DNA of 64,000 nucleotides from Balanoglossus misakiensis (lineage: Eukaryota; Animalia; Hemichordata): NCBI GenBank assembly GCA_040954595.2, contig CM082595.2, positions 2,651,943 through 2,715,942 on the forward strand, written 5' to 3'. The first letter of the stretch is position 1; each line of letters opens with the position of its first letter. This document shows positions 25,420-37,900 of this stretch, one piece after another. The translations under genes and the position numbers were made by a program. Under the pieces are notes generated by a model that ran no database searches, was not told the DNA's origin, and saw only the letters and a program-made list of their open reading frames with translations.

Positions 25420-27328
25420 AAAATATTAGTTTGTGTTTTGAGTAGCTAGTGCTATCTTCTTATAGCTAATAGAGAAGGCGTGAAAAATTACTTAGAAATA
25501 TTTAATGTAATGCCAGCGTTCAAAGAAAATGAACACATGTTGCAGTCACTGCGACTATATTTCCCAGAATTCAACAGAACAGTGATTTTTTTCTCAGAAT
25601 TAAGTGGACACATTTAGTCAATGTTTGTATAAGTAAAACTTGTATGAAGTTGTGTATTGACAAAACATTCAAAATGCCCCAAGTAAAATTTTCAGAAATG
25701 TCTGTGTTTGTGTGTAGACTTAAAACTCACGTTTTGTGTTTTAATTAGAATCTTGTGGATGTAAATTGTTACAAGAAATAGTTTGTGTGGAATCATGTCG
25801 TAAAATTACACAGATACCACAAATTCAACCAATACATAAGAAAGAAGAAACAACTCGTGATGAATATTTTTTTTTAAATTTGTATGTTAACTTTCTTATT
25901 ACAATAAATCTGATGGAAATCATAATTTATTGAAGCAAATAATAAATGACCATACATGTGATACGCAGTGTGCCAATTTTTGTTTAGAATAATGTGAACT
26001 TATTTTTGACTGACTTTTATGGTGCTTCTAAAAATGCCACATGACTGTGCTTACAAGATGTGCAATATTTGTAATACAGATAATAAACACATCATACAAT
26101 TTTCGCTCAGCATCATAGATTTATTTTATAATGTGATTCAAAAACGTCAATACATAACATAAAATTTTTCATATTGGCAAAAATATCACTTGAATTTTTT
26201 GAAAATGTTTGGTATTTAACAATTGAAAGAATATTCCCAAATATACATGCAACAACCTTTTACACAAATTAAAACGTCAAACTAGTGCAATGGCTACTAA
26301 GCTGTGTATCAACCCTGGCAAGTTTTTCAATCATTTATTTCTTGAAAATAAGATATCAAACAAACGAAATGTATGTTAGGAAAAAGTTTCATACACATGT
26401 CTGAAAATTTGTATGTAACTTTTTCAAAACATACCAATGGTTTCCCCATTATAAGTATCCCAAATTAACATTGATTCATAAAGCCCTACAAATAAATATA
26501 TTGATAATCTGTAAAAAAAAAAAGAAGGAAAAATAAAGCTGTAATTGCAAAATTTACTCACAATTGTAAAGTAAACAATTTCTCTTGCAATAGACTAAAA
26601 TGCAAAATATCACATAAAAATTTAACACAGCTCACTAGTTGTTCAGTCAAATGAACAAGATATTTATAAATCTATTTGATTATATTATTTTTATGATTTG
26701 GGATTTCAATTATTGTCAGCAATCAGCACTCATATAAAAATAAATCAATTCTTGGCAATAATTTCTTCACCCCTGTGTTTCCTATGGTTTGACCCATCTG
26801 CCCATAGAAGACTACAGGACTACTGTAACCCAAGGGCCTTTCTGGGAGGGTGTGGTACCATACTAGGGTTTTACGAGCGTTTGATCTACAAGTAGAACTT
26901 CCCAAATAAAATCTAGGAAGTGTAAATGAGACTTCAAGAAAGTTTAATGCCAACAAACCATCTTATCTTAAAAGAAAAAATCATATAAGAAAAAAAATAT
27001 TGTCAAGCCTACAACGTTCTGAGTAGATACAGACAATATATTGAAAAGTGAGAAGAAAATAATCAGTGAATTATCAAAATTTACATGTACTGTCGTTTTA
27101 ATTCAATGGACGTAGGAAGGATGGAATTTCCTTTGTGTTTCACTCTGGAAAATATTGTGGGTGGTAATTTACATTATAAGCAGCCATGATTGGCCACAGG
27201 GTTCTGGTAGCATTGGCTATCCGATCACAGTACACCCTAAAAAGATTCCATTCCATGAGAAGAACAACCTTGATCGATTGACAGACTGACTAACCGTCGT
27301 GAGTGAAAAAATACAGTGCAGATGATAA

Positions 27329-29227
27329 CTAAAATTCATCATGAACACTCTTTGCATAGTTGAACATTTTACTGCTGACGAAGAAGTCATAGTTGACCAG
27401 AACTTCTTTCAGCGTCAGACGACCATCTTCATTGAGGTCTGCCACACCCAGGAGATGTCTAGCCTCACTCTCAGCATTGTGACGACTCTTTGGATCCATG
27501 TAAGACTGAGAAAATCAAAGAAGACGACAAAATATATTTTGTTCTTTCATTTGAAGGGATGCAGGTTTATGTAATATCAGACACTAGAGGGCGCACAACA
27601 GCTTACCTCCAATTCTTCAATTGTAACTCGGCCATCTTTATCCGTATCAATGGTTTCTTCAAATTCATTTTTTCTTTCTCTGACCCACTCGTCCTCCTTT
27701 GCCATTCGTTCAAGTTCACCTTCATGGCCAATCGGCAAGGACACAAATTCAATCAGTGACAACACCGAGTCGCCATCTTGGTCTGAACAGAAAAAAAAAG
27801 AAAACATATCAACATCAACTATTTTTTTCAACAGCAAGAAAGCTGGTAATATTCCAAAACTAGGAGTTCTCATCAACTGATGCTTAGCCCTTGCACCACT
27901 ATGGTTCAATCCAAACCCACTGTTTCCTATGGTAAGGTTGGACCTCTGAAGATGGAACTGGGGGTGATAGGGTTAACCTTGAATACCACTGTCCTTTAAA
28001 CTCACCTAGATCGTGTAAGATTTCTGTGACAAGTAACCGCAACATTCCTTTGCAATGTTCAGGGTGCTTAAAGGCCAAAAACTCGGGCGGAGTTAAACAG
28101 TTATCTTCATCTTCATCAGCTTGCTGCCATCTGTCTTGGTCGCGGTACAAATCATAGTCATCTGGAAATGTACATACAGGGATCATCAACCAATGAATGT
28201 GAGGTATTGTTTGTATAGCTGACAAGACTTGTGCTCTTCTAAGAAATGTACTGTCGTAAATACCCGGTATTAACATTTCTGAAATCTACAGTTTCATTTA
28301 CATACCATCTTCGTGGAGCTCAATGTTAAGGTCACCTTCAGCTGCTTTTGCTATGACCGGTTCATCGTAGCCTCTCTCTTTAAGAAAATATAATCGGTAC
28401 TCATCCCAAGTTATTTTACCTGAAATATATGACAGAAATACACATCCATTATTTCCATGTGGTTGATCCCATTTTCAGTGGAAGAGGGTGCTTGCCCCAG
28501 TGCAGAGCATAGTTAAAAGGACCAAAGAAAATTAGAGCAATCATGTGAAAGCAAATTACTTGCACTCACCATCTTTATTTGGATCAAATCTTGGAAATAT
28601 TTTTTCGTTTTCTTCTTTGGCTTCTTCAAAATGTTCCCTGGTTTTCATTGAAATCCATTCTGTGAGTTCTAAAAGACTCAGCTGGTTGTCTGCATTGGTG
28701 TCTGCCCTAGAATGAAAGAAGTATTGACCATATCAGTTTCTGTTTTCTTGACTGCTGTTGTATATCCCTGTGCAATGTATAATCATGTATTCACATATGA
28801 TTCAAGTTGTTTTTTAATCCCATGCTAAATAACAAATGCATACTTACTGTAAAAATATATCTTTTAATCTCCTATTTCCCTCTTCCCTACTGATCTCCTC
28901 AAAATCTTTGTGTTCGTTTCCTAAAAACACCTCCTTCCCGAATTCCTTATTGAGGTGTCCATCCCTTTCCAGCCTCACGCCCTCAATGTGGTCTGGTGGA
29001 AATGGTTTCTCATCGTCCCTGTCCCTTGGAAGAACATTATCCCGATCGTTTTTCCGCAGAAGTTGCGGATCCACTTCTTTCATTTTCCCATCCTTTTGAA
29101 GTTTTGTGTCATTTATGGGTTTGCCCAACGGGCACTGCAAAAACGCCACGATCAGTATCACAACTGCGCAAGTCCTGGATAAGTTTCCCAACGCTGGCCA
29201 GTGACAGCATCGCGCATTCGCCGTCAT
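27329..29227 (-). CDS. SDF4: 45 kDa calcium-binding protein (Cab45, CREC family), multi-exon
   Basis: Signal peptide, the Cab45-type motif PPDHIEGVRLERDGHLNKEFGKEVFLG and several EF-hands (DEDEDNCLTPPEFLAFKHPE, DQDGDSVLSLIEF, DTDKDGRVTIEEL). The C-terminus is VHDEF* with the stop at 27329-27331. Confidence 0.95.
27884..27976. mobile_element. ~90-bp piggyBac-like MITE copy
   Basis: ttagcccttgcacc ... ggtgatagggttaa. TTAA/CCC termini and the internal sequence are shared with copies at 42140 and 49092. Confidence 0.65.
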
Positions 29228-31949
29228 TATCACCAAGATGTGCCAATTTCCCGATAACGACACGACCTGTCGTCTCAAAACAACCTAATCACGGTTAAAC
29301 TCAACAGCTGTCCCGGGATAACACGCTGGATATCGGCGACGCAAACACAGAATAACGCAACAGCCTGACAGCGACTGACGTGTCGTATGTGTCCCCACTG
29401 CTAGGTTAGTTCGTTTGTTTGGCACGTGTTTTCTCCCACGGGCAATACAAATATTAGCCCAGTTTTCTGTATAACGTTAGTGTACTTCACACACTTTTAA
29501 ACTGTTGGAAAATGGTAGGCGTTGGCCGCATATAACCAAATTCAACGAAAGCTTTATCTCCCTAAGAAAGGGATAACATTGATATGTAGGGGAGGTAATT
29601 CTAATCATTGTTTTTCAAACCGCAAATGCATTTGTAGCAATGCGAAACCCACCCGTATATTAATTTTAAACACGTTGAAAACGACTACACGATATCGAGC
29701 TCATCAAAACCATGAACAGAATGACAGAGGTCTTTTCCGTCACATCACCTTGAATCTGAAGCTAAGAGACGAATTAGTCAAGGCGTATTCTCAACCGAAT
29801 ACAGTTCAGCATTGATTTATCTTATACAGTTTAACTTCCAAGGTTGTTCAGGCAATTGTCAATTCATAGCCTTTTCTCCTATTCCCCGTCGAAAAAGCAG
29901 TTCGGACGAGATAATGAATTTGATTAAACATAAAGATACTCCTACTCGAAGAAAAGTCCCTTATTAAAAAATAAAGCTAAAAGCGTGACAATGGTGTTAT
30001 TCTCTATTCGTCATATTACGGATAAAATAAGTACAGTTTCCATGGAAACTGAGCATCCCCGTTAAGAAGGCGCCAGTACCCAGAAGAGGTTATAATCACG
30101 TGTGTTTATATATAGTTTAATGACATCGGGTATAAATATATATAGTTTAATTATGCACGGTCGTCAATGCAAATTTAACCACTGTTACCATGGAGAATTC
30201 AAATATAGTTTTAGTGGGTGGCACACGCGAAAAAGTGCGTCACCAAGTGGTCATTCGAACCCATATACACATAATATCACAGGCGATCGTATACGTCTTT
30301 TCACATTATTTCAAAGTTTCAAAAACATTAATAAAGTTACATTTGTCTACTTCAAGTTGTTAGGCCCATTTTGCGTGTAGAAAAAATATCTTGGGCGTGG
30401 GCGGAAGAAGTACTTTTGGCCGCCATTTTGATTAATGTTACCTTAACAGCTCCATCTTTCCAGCATTACAACGGTGAGCGAAAACAGAATCCTACAATTA
30501 CCGATTCCTCCAGAGAGTTAAACTCGTTTACTGCAGCGATAACGTGTTTCATTCCCCGATTCATCTCTGACAACTTGTCGACTGGCAATAGCTCACAATG
30601 ATTCAAATGTCATCCCAATAGTCTTCCAACTGTGAATCAGGGTTCATAGCCTTTCTGTCAGACACAAAAATCGCAAAGCGCCGTGATGTAGTGGGCGTCA
30701 CATCGCTGCGTGCCTAGCAGTTCTGTATAGCAGACGGAAATGTCATTTCGTCTTATTCAGATTCCCGCGGGAAATTTTCGCATCCCGTTGCTTTAGCAGA
30801 AAAGTTAACGTGCAGGCAAAAAAAACGAAGGAAATCACCGAAGCCAATTCAATTTCCACCAAAAAGGTCAGTCAAAGTATCTCGCTGGGATAAAACTAAA
30901 TTCTGGCAGCACGGAGAGACATGCGCAAATGCACCAGTTGCCTGACTCACAGATCACTGAAAGGACACCCCCGGGGCGAACAAACCTCGGAGGGATCTAT
31001 ATGCCAGGGGAGGTAATTCTAAAACGACGAGTAGATTGCCATAGTTACGCCTCACCCAGGTGGTTATGCATCATTGTTTGCGCGCGCGGTCACTCGCTGT
31101 TGTCAATGAAACATAATTTTGAACAGCAAGTATCATACGTCATTGGGTGTCATATAGCCTTTGGATTGGTCGCAAATTGGTCCTAATTTTGTGAAAATGT
31201 CTTTGACGTGAAAATAATAATGATAATTACTGTTCGGTAAAATTGAAGACGGGAAACGTCTAGTCGTGAAACTAGCGGTTATTGTGCGTCATTTGCCTTG
31301 GTTGGACATTATATGTTTTTAAGAATGGCCAGAGCATCTTTTTTAGGTCTCAGCTCTTGCCTAGGCGTCGTGTCTCTTAACAAGATGTCATAGCGCAGAA
31401 CTTACGCTGTTTCCGAGAAACCTTTCACGGTTGCAATGAATACGTCAAGAGGCTTCATCTGGTTTAAGTGCCCACTTCAGTGAATTTGCCGCTGCCTGTA
31501 TCTCGACATATTCTCACAGTAGGCCTATAAGCGTCATGTGGTCGTGATGACCACACCTGAGTTTAGCGCTGCACGTGTTGATTGATTTCCCCCGTGGACA
31601 GAAGAAGACCATCGCATTTGCGGATAAAATGGCCACCCTGGACCGACCAAGCGACCGACCATACCTTTGTATTTTCTGCAGGCCTCGCTATAGTCTTGAT
31701 GTTTTGCATAAGCCTCTTTATGTGATACCAACCCTTTTAGAAGACAAGGCTTAAAACCCCCAATTTTAAAATAAATGCATTCTGTCCGTTTTCCAAAACA
31801 CGATATCTAAAAAACAATATGTTTTATCTGCACTCGTTATATGATGTTATTTGTTTCAGGATGCTCCAAGGGCCATTTTTGGAAAAATGGCAATAAAAAT
31901 CATGGTTCTCATTCTGTGCTTGTAAATGTTTCACCGAGAAACCTGTTGG

Positions 31950-32060
31950 TGGTGATTGGTTTCTTCGTTACCGTCTCCACGTGACGTTGCGACGTCTTCT
32001 CTGGCCTTGGCTGTTTCAAAATGATTGCTCTGTTATAAATCTCCCACTGTTTCATGTCGG
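31950..32060 (+). promoter_or_regulatory. Putative core promoter of the GPCR gene
   Basis: Reverse CCAAT (gattgg) near 31954, E-box/CRE-like ccacgtgacgtt near 31977-31988, TATA (tataaa) near 32034. Confidence 0.4.
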
Positions 32061-32612
32061 AGTCAAGGCCTGTCCGTCCTGCCTTGACAGAGAAGCTTAG
32101 CGAGCTTTGAGCTTCAGGCGGTTCTGTACAGATCTGAGATGTGATAGATAACGCCTGGGTTTCTCACGCTGAGTTTCGAGGGCAAATTTTGATTCTGGTG
32201 CGTATTAAAATTGGTGGGGGTGAAAAATGTTCGCATGGGGGGCCGACACATAATATTTTCCATAACAGAGAGTCAATCGCATAAAAGTCTGCAGATAGAG
32301 TCGAAAGAGCGCAGAAGCAGATGTCTGCAGTCGTCATGGTATCTCACCGGTTGCCACGGCAATCCTCCGCGATCTCATCCCAACATACATTATATGCCTA
32401 TGTTCGCTCAAAAATCGTAATTGGAGACGTGCGCATTTTTCTCTTGCGACACAAATTGTACTCTGAGTGAAAAAGTCGTTATATTACTATTCTGTGTCAC
32501 CTATAATTGACAGAACCCTCCCGGGATTCACAATGACGTAGACATGGCATTGGTAGAGTTGAGTTTATTTCAAAACAGTTATTGTGGACAAAATTGGCAA
32601 TGAAAAATAAAA

Positions 32613-32770
<158 letters not shown>

Positions 32771-33056
32771 TTGTGTATATTGATGGATGGATGTGAATCT
32801 ACCTATAGGCTATACGTCATAAGATTTACATTAATATGCTAGTATAAACTGACCTGCTTTTAGAACAGTATATCGGTTATCCGGTAAACATCATTGTGTT
32901 GTCAGCCACGCGTACTTATCCCGCAGAAATGTCTCAATATTACAACTCCTTGATAATCAACAACAACGTCCAAGATTCTCATTTATGACGCATATTTTTA
33001 ATATTCATATAGTGGCCCTCTGTTGCTTTGGATTGAAGATTAGCTGTTTTGTTCAG

Positions 33057-33535
33057 ATTGCGCTTACTTCCCCCGCACTCGCCTTTGTTAGGGGTACAAA
33101 TCATGTCACGTTATCTTTCTCGTTGCCTGGCAACGTATCATCTGCCTCCCCGAAGAGAGAGGTTATTAAAAAGGAAACGGTGGCACACGATGACTGGAGT
33201 TGCTTGTGCGCAGGTCTCCTGGGGTGATGAAATCCTGGGTATATACTGTGGGACTGCAGCTGACTCTGATGTATAGATGATCACAATTACTGCCAGAATG
33301 AACTCTCGCTTTGATCCGTCACTCTCATCTTGATAACGGAGAAGGTCAAGACGCTTCGCCATTGCAAATTTTCTTCGGAATCCGCTTCGTTCTGATATCG
33401 GGCGTTCTTTTCAAGAAGAAATCTAGTATTTTTAGGGCCAGCCTGCTACATGAGAGAGTTTATCTGTTGTAGGAAAATGACGAAGAGGAAACTCTATCAG
33501 CTTTTATCCTTTGTTGAATACGAATTTCATATGAG
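33057..33535 (+). other. Probable 5'UTR exon of the GPCR gene
   Basis: Acceptor tttttgttcag| and donor GAG|gtaagc. It would splice to the strong acceptor ttcttttttttag| at 34840 that precedes the GPCR ORF. Confidence 0.5.
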
Positions 33536-34921
33536 GTAAGCGCTACGGATGATTCCGCCACGAGATGGATTCACATAAGACAGTGAGTGAATATAACGCT
33601 CAGTTAAACCGCAAAATAGGCGTCCTTGTATACACAGGATCAAACTGACGTTCACCGCGCCAGTATCAACATATATCAGCTTACTTCATCGTAATATCCT
33701 GCCATCAAATCTTGTTATTTTTAACCGACGTACTATAAGTCCACATTTCAATTACCTTTTTTCATAAAAATATAATTTATATACTTCTGCCGAGAAGGCA
33801 TGTTCGACGAGGAAAACATGTTGCGTATTTAGCTATGATCACATATGCGTTTACAAAAAATGTCTACACGTACATGGATTACACTTTTGTTTCAATTTGC
33901 GGGTGTTTAGAGCAGAAGACGGAACGTTAATCCTTGCATAAATGGTTTATGCATTTCTGCAAATGCTCACCCCTGCTTTGAGGTTGTTAAAACCTTCTAC
34001 AGCCTTGATTCCCTTCCATTGCCCTAGGATAAAAACGCGTGACGCCAGCAATAACGTCACAAGCTTTACAATTTGACAAGCTTGCGCAATGTTTTGACGT
34101 TGTTGTTGTAGAAAACTAGTCCGAATGGATGGTAGTCAAATGAATCTCTGTGTTTTTGGCCTTGTAACAGACAAACAAGACCGTCTTCGAGATGCAGGCC
34201 TACATGTATATCCAAATTTCGTTATGAAAATGGCAAATTTGCCTCCGTCTTTCAGCTCGCTCGTTACTGTCAGAAGTCTTTACACTATCCTTGAAACGTA
34301 GTGATTTTTCCCTACGGGACCTTATTATCGTATTTTAATAATTGACGATTTCTCACAGTGGATGATGGAGTAATCACCGGACCATCAAATTCAAAACACA
34401 ACTGCCATTGACTACTATTTCCCCCGCCATTGTCAGCATAAAGTTTCATTAAGATAGCGAGTGTGAATATTCGAATGCACTTTACTCGATTCCATTTTCG
34501 AGCAGCAGGAATTTTAAGCGTGGGGTTTCACAGACTTCTCTGTGCGAGGCATCTCCGGTCACGGAAATATTATAAAAGCCTTCGCGGTTCCTTTGTATTG
34601 TCCCCGAGTAGAGAGAACACGATGTTTCTGCCATTAGTGCGAGGAAAGAAAAAACATGCTGTTGAAATGTGAAACCAGATCTCCGTTGCCTTGGTTTTGG
34701 GGCAACAAACAGTCACGGCGGGCGTGTTGCCATGGTTTTTGGGTACTAACAAACAGTAGGTGCCGTTGTTTCAAATTAAAGGGTTTCCTGTACTATTCCT
34801 GTTTAACGGAGTAAAAAATATCTCGTTTTCTTTTTTTTAGAACGAAATAGGAGAATCGCCAAAAGGGTTCGCTTACACCAGATGGTATATAAATGGAAAC
34901 CAATCGATGGACTGAGTGAAG

Positions 34922-37900
34922 ATGGTTCAGGAGGTAGACTGTACGTATCATCAGCCGGGCGCCAACTGTTCTGCAATCAACGACATGGATTCTAACTCAA
35001 CGGAGATTCCGAACGCCGCAATCGTGTGGAATGACCCGTTCATCGTGATTACCCTTTCGATCTGCTATTCACTGATTATATTTTTCGGGTGCGTCGGGAA
35101 CGCCATCGTTATCGCTTCTCTGGCGGTCCACCGAAGAATCTTCAAAGTCTGCAACGCGGTGCTCGCTTCATCCGCCGTTGCCAACGGACTCGTGTGTGTC
35201 GTCTGCGTGCCCATCAGCTTCTCGGCGCTTTTCAGGCGTTTTGGAGAGAATTTGTACTATCATGATATCAGAGAGACTGTGTTCATCCTGATTACCACTG
35301 CGTCGTTCTCAAGTATTGCTATCTTGATGGTGGAGAGAAGTCTCGCGACTCGACAAGGCACCCGCTGTCGTTTGAACTTCCGTCGTGTAGTAAAATTGAC
35401 GGTGTCGGCTTGGCTCGCATGCGGGTTACTCTCCGTGCTGTCAGTCACACTCGATTCTTCTCCAATCTTCTTCGATTTACTGAACTACACGCAGAACAAT
35501 TGGTTCATTTTGCGGCCAGGGGCCATCAAAACACATTGTGTTTTGTTTTGCTTTATTTTCGCCGTGGCAACAACATTGTTTTGCGTCGGAACAATACGCG
35601 TAAATCTGAAGAAATATAAAGTCGAAAATGTCGCCCTTCACGTCTCGGGAGCTGTGCCGGGAGGCTCACAAACGAAAACTGGTAAAGTTGCTGCCGAGGA
35701 AATATCGGAATCGAACGGAACGCTTGCATCACCGGACGTCAAGTCACGATCAGGCATAGATGTGCTCACAAGGGACCTGAATTCTCAAACCTCCGAATCG
35801 ATATCGTTAAAATCAGACCTCGACGGCCCCTCCGCCGATACGCTGGGGGCCATGTACAGTTCGCCGAAGTCTCGTCGTAAGAGCTCGGTCACTCTCGGAC
35901 GGCGAATTCTGAGACGTCGAAGATCGTCCAACAATTTAATAAATGCGCGTCGGCATTCTCGTGTCTCGATGATCTCCAGCTCGCTGCCGTCGATCGCCGA
36001 CGAAGATTTAAGACAGCGCGACACGATTCGGCGCATGTCCCGTCGGATGTCGCGAAACTCCCGCGACAGCATCTCGTCCACAAAGTTCATGGATGAAGAT
36101 TCTCTCTCCGGGGTTCTGATCGGTGATGGCGAACCACCTGTTGAATCTGCTCGAGATCGTCGCCAGCGATGTATGTCCCGTAAACGGTCACGCGTATCGA
36201 TGTCCTCGCTAGGCCTGTCGTCGATCACCGACGATAGCGACAGCGAGCACGACGAAGTTGACAACGCGACGGGCAAAGTCAAGCGGTACAGTAAGCGGAG
36301 ACACGAATCACGGAAGCCAGACTCGGGTCATTGGGGAGCGGGGCACGGAGAATCGGAATCAGACTACTCGGACGCTTCGCTGACGGCCGTCGCTGGGTCC
36401 TTCCGATCCTCCGTGCATTCTCACCGACACGGAGAAAAGTTCTCACGCCTCTCCTTCACCTCGTCAAATCTAGCCTCGATCGTAGACAGCGAAACCGACT
36501 CACCCCAAATCGAACCCAAGTTAACAGACCACTCGCGATTTGGAGACAGCAAATCCATTAGTACGGACAGCGGTGGATTCAATTATTCATCTCCCCATTC
36601 GTCCGATAAGAAGGAAGAGATGGAAAACCGTGAATCGCGTGCAGAATCTAACTTTGTAAGATCTTTTTCCACGACCACTGAGTTTGAAAACACGGAGCTG
36701 AAACTTAGAAGAGATACTATCGAATCTTTCGGATCTTTATTCACGGACGATTCAATCTCCTTGAGCATGTCAATCAGCCACGGTAACTCTACCCCAGAAG
36801 AGAGTCATTTCAGTCGCCTGAGCGTGGTGTGTCGCATCGGTTCCAAAGAGGATAAATTCAGAGAACGTCTTCAACAGGTGTCCGCCATGAATTCGAGAGG
36901 AGGGGCCTCGAGAGGGCGCTTGAGTCGTGATTTGGGGGCACGGGTCGAAGGAGGACTCGTTGGAGTTACTCCGGCATGTTACGACTTTAAAATGAGCGAG
37001 GGAGATGATAACAGTCTGCGTTTCGACAAGGAAACAAACGTTGCGAACACTGGCAGTTCCTCAAACATGGCAACGCCAGCGTGTTTCAATTTCAAGATGG
37101 ACTCCAATGACGTCACCAGTCCCAGGCAACTTCGAAAGGAAAGTACAGACTTCGGACCAAACGGAGGTACAACACCGGCCTGTTATAACTTAAAAATGAG
37201 CGAGGCGGACTCGGACAGTCCGAAACTACCACCGCCAACTCATAAAGTAATAAATGTAGCCTCTCGAAAAAGCGACTCGTCCATAGCGTCAGATACCGAC
37301 AGAAAACCGAAAGTATTTCGCAAGAAACACAACAGTATGACGTCCCTGGTGTCTCTCGCCTCCCGGACGAGTCTGTTCTCGCGACGAAGTCTTGCTACTC
37401 CCATCTGTTACAATTACAAGATGCGAGACAGCGATACATCGAGTGTTTCGCGATATGTGACCGACATATCCGACAAGACCGGGCAAACGAACCCGGCATT
37501 CGTGAGTGATGATAGGCGATCCGCTGTCATGGCAACGCCCATGCTGTTTAATTTCAAGATGAGCGAGTCGGACATCAGCAGCGTTCGCTACAGTGTCGAG
37601 AGTTACGGCGGTTCCCGGGCTGGTTTCCGACTCGAGAAGGGGGCAACGCCTGCTTGCTTTCATTTCAAGATGCACGACAATGATATCAATTCGCCGCTTG
37701 GCGACGACGACGCGATCAACATGGACGGACAGCAACGGCGCGTCAGTATAACTTCACTGGGCGACGGCCAGAACGACGCTGGTGGCCCGACGCCCGTGGA
37801 ACACAGCGTCATGATGAACATCGGTATTGACGAAGCGACAAAAAAAGGCTCCTTGCAGCCGGGCTACCTGGAGGGGCGCCCGCCGCTTGCAACAGCAGCA

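Noticed and set aside
35785-37735. Antisense ORFs of 148-165 aa within the GPCR
   Set aside because: Expected shadow ORFs of a GC-rich coding strand, with no recognisable motifs.
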